DNA of 64,000 bases, taken from NCBI GenBank assembly GCA_963719495.1, contig CAVRCI010000005.1, positions 96,001 to 160,000 on the forward strand. The letters run 5' to 3'. The position numbers and the translations under genes were made by a program. Source of the DNA: an uncultured Verrucomicrobiae bacterium. Its GTDB lineage: Bacteria; Verrucomicrobiota; Verrucomicrobiia; Chthoniobacterales; JAATET01. Under the pieces are notes generated by a model. The model searched no databases. It had not been told where the DNA came from and saw only the letters and a program-made list of their open reading frames with translations. Shown here in pieces: positions 49,020-62,951 of this stretch; within the stretch, counting starts at the first letter, position 1, and every line of letters begins with the position of its first letter.

Positions 49020-49544
49020 ATGAAGTTCTGCCTCCTGCTCCTCGCATTTGCCCTTCCGCTCGCCGCCCAAACCCAGCCGACCGATCCCACACCGGGAGGT
49101 TTCCTCGCCTCGGCAACCCAAGTCCTGCCACCCCAATACCGGAACGGAATCGTCAAAGTCTCCGCCGACGACGGCAACCCGAATCCGGAGACCTGGTATC
49201 TTCTCGCCCGCAACGCCGACAAGGCCAACGACACTTACGCGATCGAAATCGAAGGCGGTGCCGTCACCAAGGAAAAGCCCTCCTTCAACCTCGGTGCCGT
49301 CATCGGCCAACCCAGTTCGATCGACCTCTCGCGGGTCGCCATCGACTCCTCCGCCGCGTGGGACATCGCCGCCACCTTCAGCGAAACCAAAGGCCGACAA
49401 CTCGGCACCGTCAGCTACGTCCTCGAGCAGGAAGGCGCCAGCGCCGCCCCGATCTGGTCCGTCTGGTGCTACGACCCCGCCGGCGACGACATCGGCGAAT
49501 TGCGAATTCTCGCCACCAACGGCGCAATCATTTCGTCGGAATAA
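49020..49544 (+). CDS. Hypothetical secreted protein (PepSY-like C-terminal half)
   Basis: Signal peptide; IDSSAAWDIA...PIWSV...A.NG.I pattern. Confidence 0.65.
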   Translation: MKFCLLLLAFALPLAAQTQPTDPTPGGFLASATQVLPPQYRNGIVKVSADDGNPNPETWYLLARNADKANDTYAIEIEGGAVTKEKPSFNLGAVIGQPSSIDLSRVAIDSSAAWDIAATFSETKGRQLGTVSYVLEQEGASAAPIWSVWCYDPAGDDIGELRILATNGAIISSE

Positions 49545-49551
49545 CGCCCGC

Positions 49552-49866
49552 TCAATCGAGGTAAAAAACCTCGCGCAGCTCCTTCACCTCGGGGGTCCCG
49601 TCCGGATTGTAGACCATGATGTCGTCCATGTATTTCCACCAACGCTGACACTCCTCCGTCGCCGCCACCGCCGCGAACCGAGCCTCGTCCTCGATCTCCA
49701 GCGACCCGAAGAGCTGCAGAGTCTCCGCGTGCAAAAAGATCACGTAGTGGTGCACCCCATGCCGCTTGAGCATCGCCACCATCTCCGGCCAGATCTCATC
49801 GTGGCGGCGCTCATACTCGGCCTCTTGACCGGGAAGAAGCTGAAGAACGAAGGCTTTGCGTTTCAT
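49552..49866 (-). CDS. rhaM: L-rhamnose mutarotase
   Basis: EYERRHDEIWPEM, CQRWWKYM, EVFYLD. Confidence 0.92.
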   Translation of the reverse strand: MKRKAFVLQLLPGQEAEYERRHDEIWPEMVAMLKRHGVHHYVIFLHAETLQLFGSLEIEDEARFAAVAATEECQRWWKYMDDIMVYNPDGTPEVKELREVFYLD

Positions 49867-50011
49867 AAGGATAGCTGGAATGGCGAAGCCCCGACCCTAC
49901 CAAAACACCGTCAGACCCGACACACGGAAAAGCCTCCCCCATCCAAAACCTGTCATGTTGAGCGAAGCGAAACATCTCTGGCTTCTCACCCTCACCGTAT
50001 TCTCACCGAAA

Positions 50012-50818
50012 TCACTCCACCGGCCGCACACTGTATTGACCCAATTTCTCGTTCCGCTCCAAAGTCACGATCCCGTCCTTCTCCGCCGCCTTCAGCAAAT
50101 CGTTGAAAGATCGGAACCCGTGAGCCCGCTCATTGAACCCCGGATTCCGCCGCTTCATCGCCGGTTTGATCATGGAAGCCCAGATGATGTCGTCCCCCCG
50201 CTCCTCCACGAGCGCTTCCAACGTCGCCGCCAGCTGATTGAGCGCCTGCTCCAGCGTCGGCCCCGATCCAGCCTTCACCTCGACCGTCGCCCCGTCCTTC
50301 GCCTCGACCACTTTCTTCACCGGGCGGTCCGCCTTTTTAACCGGCTTCTCCCGCACGAGGTCGTCGTAGTAAATGAACTCGTCGCAGTTGTTGATGAACA
50401 GATCCGAACTCGAACTCTTCACCCCGACGCCGACCACCGTCTTCGCGTTCTCCCGCAGCTTGCTCACCAGCGGCGAAAAATCCGAATCCCCGCTCAGCAC
50501 CACGAACGTGTCGAGGTGCGGCTTCGTGTAACAAAGGTCCAGCGCGTCCACGACCATCCGGATGTCGGCGGAATTCTTCCCCGACTGCCGAATGTGCGGA
50601 ATCTCGATCAACTCGAAAGCCGCCTCGTGCAGATCGCGCTTGAACTCCCGATACCGCTCGAAGTCGCAATACGCCTTCTTCACCACGATGTGCCCACGCA
50701 GCAGCAACCGCGTCATCACGAGCTGAATGTCAAACCGGGGAAACTTCGCGTCCTTCGCCCCCAGCGCGATGTTTTCCAGATCGAGGAACACCGCCATCGT
50801 GGCGTCCGAGTCGCTCAC
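50012..50818 (-). CDS. NYN domain protein with C-terminal LOTUS/OST-HTH
   Basis: VFLDLEN, GKNSADIRMVVDALD, SGDSDFSPL, PGFNERAHGFRSF. Confidence 0.9.
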   Translation of the reverse strand: MSDSDATMAVFLDLENIALGAKDAKFPRFDIQLVMTRLLLRGHIVVKKAYCDFERYREFKRDLHEAAFELIEIPHIRQSGKNSADIRMVVDALDLCYTKPHLDTFVVLSGDSDFSPLVSKLRENAKTVVGVGVKSSSSDLFINNCDEFIYYDDLVREKPVKKADRPVKKVVEAKDGATVEVKAGSGPTLEQALNQLAATLEALVEERGDDIIWASMIKPAMKRRNPGFNERAHGFRSFNDLLKAAEKDGIVTLERNEKLGQYSVRPVE

Positions 50819-50994
50819 GAATTCACGCGCTCGCCCGCCGGTTGCTGCAGCTCCTCGACGTCGCCCGGGGTCGACGGGTCGTCGTCGCCCCACACCGCGA
50901 ATGCGACGAAGATCCCGACCAGCAGAATCGCCCCGGCGACGATGAAGATCAGGTAGGTTTTCGAAAAGGACGGTGGCAGCGGTTCGGTCTCCAT
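50815..50994 (-). CDS. 59-aa single-pass membrane protein (not in the ORF track)
   Basis: METEPLPPSFSKTYLIFIVAGAILLVGIFVAFAVWGDDD...VNS*; stop overlaps the NYN start (GTGA). Confidence 0.6.
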   Translation of the reverse strand: METEPLPPSFSKTYLIFIVAGAILLVGIFVAFAVWGDDDPSTPGDVEELQQPAGERVNS

Positions 50995-51077
50995 GCTCTA
51001 TTGACTGCACGATTTTGCGGCGGGCGGCAATTCCGTTCGCACCCGACCAATCCCAACTCCCGAATCGATCCTACCCT

Positions 51078-51491
51078 ATGAACATCCGCCTTCTCCTCGG
51101 TCTCACCGCAACCCTCGCCGCGATCACCCTCACCGGTTGCGTCAACGAACGCGGTCAATTCACCCCCGCCGACCCGATCGGTCGCGCCATCTTCGGAGCC
51201 ATCCGCAACGATCCCGGCTACAGCGACGACTACTACTACGAATACAACGAGCCCCGCGAAGTCGTCGTCACCAGCCCCCGGCCCCGCGCCATCTACGAGA
51301 CCCGTCCCTCCGTCCCATCCGGCTACCGCGATCCCGTCTACGTCCCCGGCAGCTACGCCTACAGCAACAACCGCTGGGCCTGGCAACGCGGTCGCTACGT
51401 GAATCGCCCCCGCTCGGGCGTGAATTACTACCAGCCTCGCTACTACACCCGCGGAGGCCGCTCCTACTACCGCGGCGGCTACTGGCGCTGA
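51078..51491 (+). CDS. Tyr/Arg/Gly-rich lipoprotein (YXWGXW-like)
   Basis: Lipobox LTGC; YVPGSY...WAWQRGRY...YYRGGYWR. Confidence 0.75.
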   Translation: MNIRLLLGLTATLAAITLTGCVNERGQFTPADPIGRAIFGAIRNDPGYSDDYYYEYNEPREVVVTSPRPRAIYETRPSVPSGYRDPVYVPGSYAYSNNRWAWQRGRYVNRPRSGVNYYQPRYYTRGGRSYYRGGYWR

Positions 51492-51515
51492 TTTCACTCC
51501 TCAATCGCGAGCGCC

Positions 51516-52091
51516 ATGTCCGAGCCCGAGCGCACCGAACGCGAGAAAATGCTCGCGGGCGATCTGTATTTCGCCGGCGGCGACCACCTCACCGCCGAGC
51601 GAAGCAAGGCCCGCCACTGGATGCGCCGCCTCGCCGCCTCCAACCCCGACGACAAATCGGCCCGCCACCGGATCATTCGCGAAGGCTTCGGTGCCGTGGG
51701 TTCCAATCCTTGGATCGAGCCGCCCTTCGCCGTCGACTACGGTTGGAACATCTCCGTCGGCGACGATTTCTACGCGAATTTCAACTGCACGATCCTCGAC
51801 GTCGCCCCCGTCACCATCGGCCACCACGTCCTCCTCGCCCCCAACGTTCAGATCTACACCGCCACCCACCCGCTCGAAGCCGACCTCCGGCTCCGCGACC
51901 TCGAACTCGGTCGCCCGATCACCATCGGCAATAACGTCTGGATCGGCGGTGGCGCGATCATCTGCCCCGGCGTCACGATCGGCGACCACACCGTCGTCGG
52001 CGCTGGCAGCGTCGTCACCCGCTCGCTCCCCGACCGCGTCGTCGCCGTCGGCAACCCCGCCCGCATCCTGCGCAAGCTCCCCGAGTCGTGA
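51516..52091 (+). CDS. maa: Sugar (maltose) O-acetyltransferase
   Basis: EKMLAG.LY, IEPPF.VDYG.NI, hexapeptide repeats, GNPARI. Confidence 0.9.
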   Translation: MSEPERTEREKMLAGDLYFAGGDHLTAERSKARHWMRRLAASNPDDKSARHRIIREGFGAVGSNPWIEPPFAVDYGWNISVGDDFYANFNCTILDVAPVTIGHHVLLAPNVQIYTATHPLEADLRLRDLELGRPITIGNNVWIGGGAIICPGVTIGDHTVVGAGSVVTRSLPDRVVAVGNPARILRKLPES

Positions 52092-52549
52092 ACAAACCCG
52101 GCCTCCTCGAGGCGATCCGCACCGCCCTCGCCGAGGAATTCGAATCCCTCCGCGCCATCTCGCGCCAAACCCGCGCCGGCGGCAACGACGAGGAAAGCCG
52201 CGCCGAAGACAAATACGACACCCTCTCCACCGAGCAAAATTACCTCGCCGACGGCTTGGCAAAGCAAGCCCAAGCCGCCCGCGAAGCCCTCACCGCCTTC
52301 GAAAAACTTCCCACCCGCGCCTTCGCCCCCACCGACCCCATCGACCTCGGCGCCGCCATCAAGGTCGAGTTCCCGACCGAAACCACTTGGTTCTTCCTCA
52401 CCCCCGCCGGCGGAGGCCACGAAATCACTCACGAAAACACCACAGTCACCCTCATCACCCCCGAATCCCCCTTGGGCCAGCAACTCCGAGGAAAAACCAC
52501 CGGCGAAAAAATCACCCAACCCCCCGCCAAAATCACCGCCATCGCTTGA
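52088..52549 (+). CDS. GreA/GreB-family elongation factor-like protein
   Basis: AEDKYDT...[17 protein letters not shown]. Confidence 0.8.
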   Translation: MNKPGLLEAIRTALAEEFESLRAISRQTRAGGNDEESRAEDKYDTLSTEQNYLADGLAKQAQAAREALTAFEKLPTRAFAPTDPIDLGAAIKVEFPTETTWFFLTPAGGGHEITHENTTVTLITPESPLGQQLRGKTTGEKITQPPAKITAIA

Positions 52550-52667
52550 CGTCACCACCGCGCCGCAAGGCGCGGAGGGGAAAACAGGCATCCTGCCTGT
52601 CGTCCCAGGCCTCCAGCCCGGGACCTCGTGCCCGAGCGCGAAGCGCCAAAAATCAAAAACTTCCCGC

Positions 52668-52695
52668 TTGCCAACCCACCACTCCCGTGCATAAT
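52668..52695 (+). promoter_or_regulatory. Putative sigma70 promoter of rpsN
   Basis: TTGCCA-N16-CATAAT, 12 nt before the ATG. Confidence 0.5.
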
Positions 52696-52707
52696 TCCCG
52701 GTTCCTT

Positions 52708-52977
52708 ATGGCAAAGAAAGCATGGCTCGAGCGGAACGCCCGCAAGCAAAAGACAGTCGAAAAATACGCCGAGCTCCGCGCGGAACTCAAAGCGAACAAG
52801 GACTACATCGGTCTCACGCAGCTCCCCCGCGACGCGAGCCCGACCCGGGTCGTGAATCGCTGCCAGCTCACCGGTCGCCGTCGCGCCTTCCTCCGCCGCT
52901 TCAAGCTCTCCCGGATGACCTTCCGCGAGCTCGCCCTCAACGGCTACATTCCCGGCGTCACCAAATCGAGCTGGTAG
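52708..52977 (+). CDS. rpsN: 30S ribosomal protein S14 (89 aa, zinc-independent C- type)
   Basis: MAKK...[16 protein letters not shown]...[20 protein letters not shown]. Confidence 0.96.
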   Translation: MAKKAWLERNARKQKTVEKYAELRAELKANKDYIGLTQLPRDASPTRVVNRCQLTGRRRAFLRRFKLSRMTFRELALNGYIPGVTKSSW

Positions 52978-52997
52978 GCGCACGCCTCCCTTCCCGT

Positions 52998-53021
52998 CGC
53001 CCGGCTTCGCCGGGCGTCTTT
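52998..53021 (+). terminator. Putative intrinsic terminator after rpsN
   Basis: CGCCCGGC-TTC-GCCGGGCG followed by TCTTT. Confidence 0.5.
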
Positions 53022-53190
53022 CGGGTCGACACCAGCTCATTCCAGTGACGACCCAGATTCTCCCCTCCCAACATTCATCGTTGCCACGCGGCGGCGAACG
53101 CGTTGGACGGAACCCGGAACTCCCAACTCACACCACAACTAACAATCGGGTCCCAGACCCCGGGCGTCGTTTACCCAATTCTGGATTCTA

Positions 53191-54582
53191 ATGGAAATCT
53201 CTCATCTCCTGCTGGCCGCGGCCGACGGTGCCATCATCACCGACTGGGCCTCACCGGGAGTCATCTTCTTCCAACTGGCCTGCATCCTGGCCCTCGTTCT
53301 CCTCAACGGCTTCTTCGTCGCCTCGGAGTTTGCCATCGTCAAAGTCCGCGGCAGCCAGGTCGACGCCCTCATCGACCAAAAGGTCAAGGGAGCCGCCCGC
53401 GCCCGGAAGGTCGTCGCCCACCTCGACGAATACCTCTCCGCCACCCAGCTCGGCATCACCCTCGCCAGCCTCGGCCTCGGCTGGATCGGCGAGCCATTTC
53501 TCGCGGCCATGATCGAGCCGTTCTTCCACCTCGCCGGCATCGAATCCGCCGTCGTGATCCACACCGCCGGCTTCGCCATCGCGTTCTCGATCATCACCTA
53601 CCTCCACATCGTTCTCGGCGAACTCGCCCCGAAATCGCTCGCCATCCGCAAGGCCCTCGACATCACGATGCTCGTTTCCGCCCCGCTCGGCCTCTTCTAC
53701 ACGGTCTTCAAACCCTTCATCTGGTTTCTCAACGGCAACGCGAACTTCCTCCTCCGCCACGCCTTCAAGGTCGAACCCGCCGGTGAATCCGAACTCGCCC
53801 ACAGCGAAGAGGAACTCCGCCTCATCATCGCCGAGAGCCAGAAATCCGACGAAGTCTCCTCCCTCGGCCGCGAGATCAGCATCGCCGCCCTCGACCTCAA
53901 GCGCCGCATCGTCCGCGACATCATGACGCCCCGCGGCGAAGTCATCTACCTCGACCTCGACGAGCCCTTCGACGTCGAAATGAAGACCGCCATGGAGTCG
54001 CGCCACACCCGCTTCCCCCTCTGCCGCGAGCACCTCGACGACGCCGTCGGCCTCGTCCACATCAAAGACCTCCTCGCCCTCATTCGCGAGGACCGGCAGG
54101 ACTTCGACTCCATCAAACGCGAGCTCCTCCACGTGTCGGAAATGATGCCGCTGGAAAAACTCCTCCGTTTCTTCCTCACCAAGCACGCCCACCTCGCCGT
54201 CGCCGTCGACGAATACGGCGGAGCCGTCGGCATCGTCACCCTCGACAACGTCCTCGAAGAACTCGTCGGCGACATCCAGGATGAATTCGACGTCGCCGAG
54301 CAGGACTACCGCAAGATCAACGAAAGTGAATTCGAGACCGACGGCACCCACGCCCTCTACGAACTCGAAGAGAAGCTCGACCACAAATTCGACGAAGCCG
54401 ACGTCACCACCATCGGAGGCTACGTCACCTCCGAACTGGGCCACCTCCCGGTCGTCGGAGAGACCGTCCGAATCGACGACTGGCTGGCCACGGTCGCCAA
54501 ATCCGACAACCGCCGAGTCCTCGAAGTCCACTTCAAAAAAGACCCCGTCGCCGAAACCGAGATCGAACCGACCGAAGCTTGA
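53191..54582 (+). CDS. Hemolysin/CNNM-family protein (DUF21-CBS-CorC)
   Basis: NGFFVASEFA, QLGITL, GELAPK, HTRFP, VDEYGG..GIVTLDNVLEELVGDIQDE. Confidence 0.93.
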   Translation: MEISHLLLAAADGAIITDWASPGVIFFQLACILALVLLNGFFVASEFAIVKVRGSQVDALIDQKVKGAARARKVVAHLDEYLSATQLGITLASLGLGWIGEPFLAAMIEPFFHLAGIESAVVIHTAGFAIAFSIITYLHIVLGELAPKSLAIRKALDITMLVSAPLGLFYTVFKPFIWFLNGNANFLLRHAFKVEPAGESELAHSEEELRLIIAESQKSDEVSSLGREISIAALDLKRRIVRDIMTPRGEVIYLDLDEPFDVEMKTAMESRHTRFPLCREHLDDAVGLVHIKDLLALIREDRQDFDSIKRELLHVSEMMPLEKLLRFFLTKHAHLAVAVDEYGGAVGIVTLDNVLEELVGDIQDEFDVAEQDYRKINESEFETDGTHALYELEEKLDHKFDEADVTTIGGYVTSELGHLPVVGETVRIDDWLATVAKSDNRRVLEVHFKKDPVAETEIEPTEA

Positions 54583-54583
54583 T

Positions 54584-54799
54584 TGGCCGCAAAAAGGCGC
54601 AGACGGCTCAAAAATGGCCGAACTGGCGCTACCGTCCATCCAAGCCTTGTCATCTTGAACGAAGTGAAAGATCTCTGACTTCTCACCGCATTCCTCACCA
54701 AGCCCGGAAAAAGCCAGAGATGTTTCGCTTCGCTCGACGTGACAATTTTGGGATAGGTTCACCGTATTCTTTTGAGCCTTCTGCGCCTCTTTGCGGCTA
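54584..54799. repeat. Nested inverted repeats (GGCCGCAAAAAGGCGCA pair enclosing a GTCAT..CGAAG pair)
   Basis: Outer arms 54584-54613 / 54770-54799; inner arms ~54647-54679 / ~54712-54745. Confidence 0.75.
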
Positions 54800-54833
54800 A
54801 AAACCACCACCTAATTACCCTCACCTCATCGCC

Positions 54834-55946
54834 ATGACCGATCCCCGCTTCCTCGACCTCGCGAACGTCCTCACCCAGCACTCGACCGACCTCAAACCGG
54901 GCGAAAAAGTCCTGATCGACGCTTTCGACATCCCCGACGAATTCGTGGTCACCCTCGTCCGCGCCGTCCGCGCCGCCAAGGCCACACCCTTCGTCCAACT
55001 CCACAGCGCCCGCATCTCCCGCGAACTCGCCGCGGGAGCCGACGAAGCCCAGCTCGCCGTCACCAGCACCATCGAACTCGCCCGCATGAAGAAGATGGAC
55101 GCCTACATCGCCATCCGCGGCAGCCACAACATCACCGAGATGTCGGACATCCCGGAGGACCGCATGCAGCTCATCGGCGGCAAGATGCGGCCCGTCCTCG
55201 ACTACCGCATCAACAAAACCAAGTGGGTCGTCCTCCGCTGGCCCACCCCGTCCATGGCCCAGCAAGCGCAGATGAGCACCGAGGCCTTCGAGGATTTCTA
55301 CTTCAAAGTCTGCACCCTCGATTACAGCCGGATGATCCCCGGCATGAAGGCGCTCAAGTCCCTCATGGACAAAACGGACAAAGTCCACCTCAACGGCCCC
55401 GGCACCGACCTCCGCTTCTCGATCAAAGGCATCGGCTCCGAAATGTGCGGCGGCGACCGCAACATCCCCGACGGCGAAGTCTTCTCCTGCCCCGTCAAGG
55501 ACAGCGTCGAAGGCACCATCACCTACAACACGCCGACCATCTACCAAGGTATCGCGTTCGAAGGCATCGTCCTCGAATTCTCGAAGGGCAAAATCGTCAA
55601 AGCCACGTCGAACAACACCGAAGCCCTCAACAAAATCCTCGATAGCGACGCCGGTGCGCGCTTCATCGGCGAGTTCGCCATCGGCTTCAATCCGCACATC
55701 CTCCACCCGATGCGCGACATCCTCTTCGACGAGAAAATTTCGGGATCCTTCCACTTCACCCCCGGCCAAGCCTACGCCCGCGCCGGCAACGGAAATAGAA
55801 GCCGCATCCACTGGGACATGGTCAACATCCAGCGCCCCGACTACGGCGGCGGCGAGATCTGGTTCGACGGCAAGCTCATCCGCAAAGACGGCCTCTTCCT
55901 CCCCAAAGCTCTTCAGAAGTTAAACCCGGACCATTTGCTCGGCTGA
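54834..55946 (+). CDS. Aminopeptidase, M29 family
   Basis: [24 protein letters not shown]...G, IHWD. Confidence 0.92.
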   Translation: MTDPRFLDLANVLTQHSTDLKPGEKVLIDAFDIPDEFVVTLVRAVRAAKATPFVQLHSARISRELAAGADEAQLAVTSTIELARMKKMDAYIAIRGSHNITEMSDIPEDRMQLIGGKMRPVLDYRINKTKWVVLRWPTPSMAQQAQMSTEAFEDFYFKVCTLDYSRMIPGMKALKSLMDKTDKVHLNGPGTDLRFSIKGIGSEMCGGDRNIPDGEVFSCPVKDSVEGTITYNTPTIYQGIAFEGIVLEFSKGKIVKATSNNTEALNKILDSDAGARFIGEFAIGFNPHILHPMRDILFDEKISGSFHFTPGQAYARAGNGNRSRIHWDMVNIQRPDYGGGEIWFDGKLIRKDGLFLPKALQKLNPDHLLG

Positions 55947-56054
55947 GCTCTGGGCCAACTAAACAGGATTTGCAGGATTTACGGGATTGACTGGATTTGA
56001 TGAGAAGGAATTGCAGGCCCCTCATTCCAAATCCTGTTAATCCAGTTAATCCAG

Positions 56055-57389
56055 TTAATCCCGTTTAGTTTGCTCAAACCGTTCGCGCCAGAAATCGAGC
56101 CGCTCTTTCACCCGCCGCTCCATCCCATTCTCCGTCGGCTCGTAATACCGCCGCCCCTCCGGCAGGTAAGCCTGCGGCACGAAGCCGCCCTCGTAGTCGT
56201 GGCTGTATTTGTAGCCCACCCCGTGCCCCAACTTCTCCGCCCCCGCGTAATGCCCGTCCCGCAAATGTTGCGGCACGGCAAGAGTCCGCCCCTCCCGCAC
56301 GTCCTTGTTCGCCGCGCCAATCGCCACCGTCGCCCGATTGCTCTTCGGAGCCGTCGCGAGATAAATCGCCGCGTGCGCCAGGTTCAACTGCACCTCGGGC
56401 AGCCCCACCAAGTCGATCGCCTGAGCCGCCGCCACCGCGACCGATAGCGCGTTCGAATCCGCCAACCCCACGTCCTCGCTCGCGCAAATCACCATCCGCC
56501 GCGCGATGAACCGAACGTCCTCCCCGGCGTAAAGCATCTTCGCCAACCAATACACCGCCGCGTCCGGGTCCGATCCCCGCATGCTTTTGATGAACGCGCT
56601 GATCGTGTCGTAGTGCCCGTCGCCATCCCCGTCGTAGACCACCGCCTTCCGCTGAATGCTCTCCTCCGCCACCGCCAAAGTGATCCGAACCGAGCCATCG
56701 CCAGCCGCCTCCGTCGTCAACGCCGCCAGTTCCAGCGCATTCAGACACTTCCGCGCATCCCCGTCGCTGATCTTCGCCAAATGCCGCGCCGCCTCGTCGT
56801 CCAGCACCAACCCCCGGCCGCCCAAACCCCGCTCCGCATCCGCCACCGCCCGCTCCATCAGCGTCACCAGATCGTCTTCGCCCAGCGGCTGAAGCTCGAA
56901 AACCTGCGATCGCGAAACGAGCGGCGAGTTCACGTAAAAATACGGATTGTGCGTCGTCGCCCCAATCAGCCGCACCAACCCACTCTCGACGTCCGGTAGC
57001 AAAACATCCTGCTGCGCTTTGTTGAAGCGGTGAATTTCGTCGATGAACAAAGTCGTCCGCGGCCCGCCACCCCGCGCCCGGTTCGCCGCCGCGGCTGCCA
57101 CCCGCCGGATGTCCGCCACGTTGCTCTCCACCGCGTTCATCCGCTCGAACCGCGACTCCGTCGCTCCCGCGATCACCTGCGCCAGACTCGTCTTCCCCGT
57201 CCCCGGCGGCCCGAACAACAAAATCGAAGTCACCCGGTCCGCCTCGATCGCCCGCCGCAGTAATTTGCCCTCCCCCAGAATGTGGCGCTGACCCAACACT
57301 TCCCCGATCGACCGAGGCCGCATCCGCGCGGCAAGGGGAGCATTTGCGTCCACCGCCGTCACCACCACCGAACCAAACAAATCATCCAC
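56055..57389 (-). CDS. rarA: Replication-associated recombination protein A
   Basis: [49 protein letters not shown]. Confidence 0.95.
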   Translation of the reverse strand: MDDLFGSVVVTAVDANAPLAARMRPRSIGEVLGQRHILGEGKLLRRAIEADRVTSILLFGPPGTGKTSLAQVIAGATESRFERMNAVESNVADIRRVAAAAANRARGGGPRTTLFIDEIHRFNKAQQDVLLPDVESGLVRLIGATTHNPYFYVNSPLVSRSQVFELQPLGEDDLVTLMERAVADAERGLGGRGLVLDDEAARHLAKISDGDARKCLNALELAALTTEAAGDGSVRITLAVAEESIQRKAVVYDGDGDGHYDTISAFIKSMRGSDPDAAVYWLAKMLYAGEDVRFIARRMVICASEDVGLADSNALSVAVAAAQAIDLVGLPEVQLNLAHAAIYLATAPKSNRATVAIGAANKDVREGRTLAVPQHLRDGHYAGAEKLGHGVGYKYSHDYEGGFVPQAYLPEGRRYYEPTENGMERRVKERLDFWRERFEQTKRD

Positions 57390-57523
57390 CCGCCCACCAT
57401 CGCCAGCCCGCGCAAAATCATCAACCCGTGGAATCGGCTTCCAACCGATCACCCACCAAATCGGCGAAGCCGCACTTCGAATTCCCCTCGCCCCCCAAAC
57501 CTCACCCACTTAAAATCCCAGCC

Positions 57524-57985
57524 ATGAAAACTCTCCTAGCCGCCGTCGATTTCAGCGATGCCTCGACCAAGGTCATCGAGCAAGCCCACACCCTCGCGAA
57601 AGCCCTCTCCGCGAAGATCTTCTTCGTCCACGTCGTCGAGCCCGTCGCGAACTACGTCCCCGTCGGAGCCGCCATGGACGTCATCGAAACCGCCCCACCG
57701 CCCATGATGGAACTCGACGTCGAACCCCACGAAGAACGCCTGAAAAAGCTGGTCGCCGCCGCCACCACCGACGGCATCGATGCCGATTCGATCGCCATCG
57801 TCGGCCTAGCCGCCGAAGAAATCGTAGCCACCGCCGAGACCCAGCAAGCCGACACCATCCTGGTCGGCTCCCACGGCCACGGAGCCCTCTACAACCTCTT
57901 CGCCGGCAGCGTAGTCACCGGCATCCTCAAGCGCTCCGAGATCCCCGTCCTGGTCATCCCCATCCCAAAAAAACACCAGCGCTAA
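57524..57985 (+). CDS. Universal stress protein
   Basis: LLAAVDFS, ILVGSHGHG....LFAGSV, PVLVIP. Confidence 0.93.
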   Translation: MKTLLAAVDFSDASTKVIEQAHTLAKALSAKIFFVHVVEPVANYVPVGAAMDVIETAPPPMMELDVEPHEERLKKLVAAATTDGIDADSIAIVGLAAEEIVATAETQQADTILVGSHGHGALYNLFAGSVVTGILKRSEIPVLVIPIPKKHQR

Positions 57986-58043
57986 AGCCCAAAGAACGCA
58001 TCCACCCCCCGGAGGGCGAGGCTCCCGCCGAGCCGTGACTCCC

Positions 58044-58784
58044 TCACGCCCCCCCCGCACACAAAAACCGCAACGCCCCTCCAACCCGCTCCCGCCAAGA
58101 CCCCGCCGACTGCGTCCCCCCCGCCACCTGCTCGATCGAAAACTCCCGCCCATCGCGCCACCCCCGTTCCCGCAGCAGCGACCCCAGCTCCGCGTGATAA
58201 GGCGAGTAGCACTCGTCCAGTCCTAGCGTCCCGTAGTCGAAATACGCCCGCACCCCTTCCGGCAACCGCTCGAGCTCCGCGATCCACCGCAACATCCCAG
58301 CGTCCTCCGGCAAACTCTGCGACACGTCCTCGAACGAAGTCGACAGACAGGCCACCTTCGAAAAAACGCCGCCGCCACCCAGCGCGACCCGCAGCGCATT
58401 GAGCGCCCCCAACCCCGCGCCGACCAAAATCCGCCCGCCCGGCGAGCCCAACGTCCGCTCATTCGCGTCGATCCAGGCCACCAATTCCTCCCCGACGAAC
58501 CGCGCAAAACCCTCCCCGCCGCCCGCGTCCTCCAAAGAAAAATCCAAAGCCGGATCCGCACCCGTCACCACCCCCACGACCAACGCCGCCGGCATCACCC
58601 CCTCCGCCGACAGCGTCTCCACCCACTCAGGCACCCCCCCGCCGCCGACCGGCACGAACACCTCCGCGTCCAAACCCACCACCACCGGCAGCCGCCGTTC
58701 GGCCGCCACCGCCCCACCCGGACGCCAAACCCGCAACCCAACCTCGCGACCCAGAATCTCAGAAACCATCGTTCGGTCCACCAT
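58044..58784 (-). CDS. Esterase-family alpha/beta hydrolase with a degenerate active site
   Basis: FV..ELV.WIDAN.RT, YFDYGT, W.ER; nucleophile elbow reads GAGLG. Confidence 0.7.
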   Translation of the reverse strand: MVDRTMVSEILGREVGLRVWRPGGAVAAERRLPVVVGLDAEVFVPVGGGGVPEWVETLSAEGVMPAALVVGVVTGADPALDFSLEDAGGGEGFARFVGEELVAWIDANERTLGSPGGRILVGAGLGALNALRVALGGGGVFSKVACLSTSFEDVSQSLPEDAGMLRWIAELERLPEGVRAYFDYGTLGLDECYSPYHAELGSLLRERGWRDGREFSIEQVAGGTQSAGSWRERVGGALRFLCAGGA

Positions 58785-59022
58785 CCCTCATCCATAACCG
58801 AAAATACGAGGTCAGACAGGATTTACAGGATTTACAGGATTCACAGGATTGGCCGGAGCAGTTCAGATCGCGGTAATCATTCGCTCACCAAGTGAGTCGG
58901 CATTCTCCTCACAAAGAATCGAAATCCAATCCTGTCCATCCTGTGAATCCTGTCCATTTCAGGATTCAGCCTCACCCGCCCGGTCGCTCCCGCCAACCAC
59001 CCCCGTTTTCCCGAAGATCCCC

Positions 59023-59050
59023 TTGCACGCCCCTAACGCATGAATACAAT
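59023..59050 (+). promoter_or_regulatory. Putative sigma70 promoter of metH
   Basis: TTGCAC-N16-TACAAT; favours ATG 59064 over 59040. Confidence 0.5.
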
Positions 59051-59063
59051 CCAATACGTTGAT

Positions 59064-62792
<3,729 letters not shown>

Positions 62793-62951
62793 GGGAGCGC
62801 GCGCGTCCCCGCGTGCGAGATGCGGCGTCCCGCCGCATCAACCCGGCAATGCGAAGCGAGCCGACCGCTCAAGGAGCGGCGATTTGCAATCGCCGAACCA
62901 CCCCAAACGCGAAGCGTCAAACCCCCACCGCGCACGTAATACCCCAACCAC

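Noticed and set aside
53010..53070. yybP-ykoY-like riboswitch (GGGGAG...GTCGTCA...AAGAC on the minus strand)
   Set aside because: It is antisense to both flanking genes and too compact; better explained as a simple hairpin. An Rfam scan would settle it.
58800..59063. SAM or cobalamin riboswitch upstream of metH
   Set aside because: No consensus elements seen; the region holds a 9-mer repeat pair and a promoter close to the start codon.
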